Source: an uncultured Bdellovibrionales bacterium | Lineage (GTDB): Bacteria; Bdellovibrionota; UBA1018; CAIPTA01 | Direction of reading: 5' to 3' | Assembly (NCBI GenBank): GCA_964612065.1 | Contig: CAZTCD010000001.1 | Coordinates: 7,013 to 71,012, forward strand | DNA length: 64,000 nt | In this document: positions 63,499-64,000 of the stretch, in pieces | Numbering within the stretch: the stretch's first letter is position 1 | How the letters are laid out: every line of letters begins with the position of its first letter | Notes under the pieces: generated by a model | Told to the model about the DNA's origin: nothing | Seen by the model: the letters and a program-made list of their open reading frames with translations, nothing else | Databases searched by the model: none | Program-made: the position numbers and the translations under genes

Positions 63499-64000
63499 TT
63501 ATTTCACTTTGGAAAGGTCGGCCACGATCGAAAAAGGGCTTTTGAACACAAAGGTGCCCTCTTGGGGGAGTACATATGCTTCCACTTGGCCCACCAAATC
63601 TGCAGGATAGAATAGATCCAGCTTTTCCTGGCTCAAAATCAAATGGGTGAAACCCTCGTCTCTCAGAATTTTTAGAAACTCGGAGGCGTTTTTTGAAGAA
63701 TGCAGTCTGGCGTCAAGCCGGGGAGAATCCCAGATTCGCACCACCGGAAAAGGCAGGGAGTGATAGAAGCGGCTCTCTACAAGCAGCGCGGCTTTCATCC
63801 CGAATCGGTAGTGAGAACGGAACCAGCTTTGAGCTTCTCCGCTAACATAGGAGCGGACAAGCAAATGTGCGTTTGGAATGGTATGCAGGCGGCGAATAGC
63901 TTCCCACCGGTATGGCAGGATTAGGCTTACCATCGCGAGTATCAGCCATGGTAGGTGCGTGAGTGTTACTGGTAGGCCAGAGACTATTCTGGTGATGATC
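63499..64000 (-). CDS. hypothetical protein, 5' partial (N-terminus lies beyond the window end)
   Basis: The reading frame stays open upstream of the track Met to the window edge (…IITRIVSGLPVTLTHLPWLILAMVSLILPYRW…). The N-terminal part is hydrophobic, so this is probably the C-terminal portion of a membrane protein. Confidence 0.4.
   Translation of the reverse strand, partial: IITRIVSGLPVTLTHLPWLILAMVSLILPYRWEAIRRLHTIPNAHLLVRSYVSGEAQSWFRSHYRFGMKAALLVESRFYHSLPFPVVRIWDSPRLDARLHSSKNASEFLKILRDEGFTHLILSQEKLDLFYPADLVGQVEAYVLPQEGTFVFKSPFSIVADLSKVK

Overview
64-kb chromosomal segment at about 50% GC, densely packed on both strands. I call about 58 protein-coding genes and 3 dispersed tRNAs: Arg-CCG, Leu-CAG and Leu-CAA. 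I see no CRISPR array, transposase, integrase or phage structural genes. The backbone is housekeeping. It includes thiolase with the two CoA-transferase subunits, pyrE, dsbD, nadB, alr, lptE-holA, rpsT, rimP-nusA-infB-rbfA-truB, thrS and rRNA/tRNA-modifying enzymes (RlmL-like, RumA-like, RluA-like). Between these sits a notable load of secreted or lipoprotein hydrolases: three HExxHxxGxx(H/D) zinc metalloproteases, an S8 subtilisin and a PAP2 phosphatase. There are also c-di-GMP-related proteins (a PilZ fusion and a variant HD-GYP), two DUF4339 paralogues and a repeat-rich surface adhesin. This content fits a Gram-negative predatory, Bdellovibrio-like bacterium; that is inference from gene content, not a database match. 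The most unusual items are listed here. (1) A Lys/Ala-repeat histone-H1-like protein with a hydrophobic core and acidic tail lies immediately upstream of rpsT. It follows a 750-aa TadG-like protein that sits where rpsO-pnp normally follows truB. (2) An alkyltransferase-like (PWHRV) protein is paired with a GNAT gene. (3) One protein fuses an acyl-AMP ligase, a carrier domain and a PlsC acyltransferase. (4) An HD-G(F)P protein carries a pseudo-receiver domain. (5) Two metzincin-like proteases sit in tandem. All coordinates and starts are read by eye from the sequence and the ORF track, and no homology search was possible.
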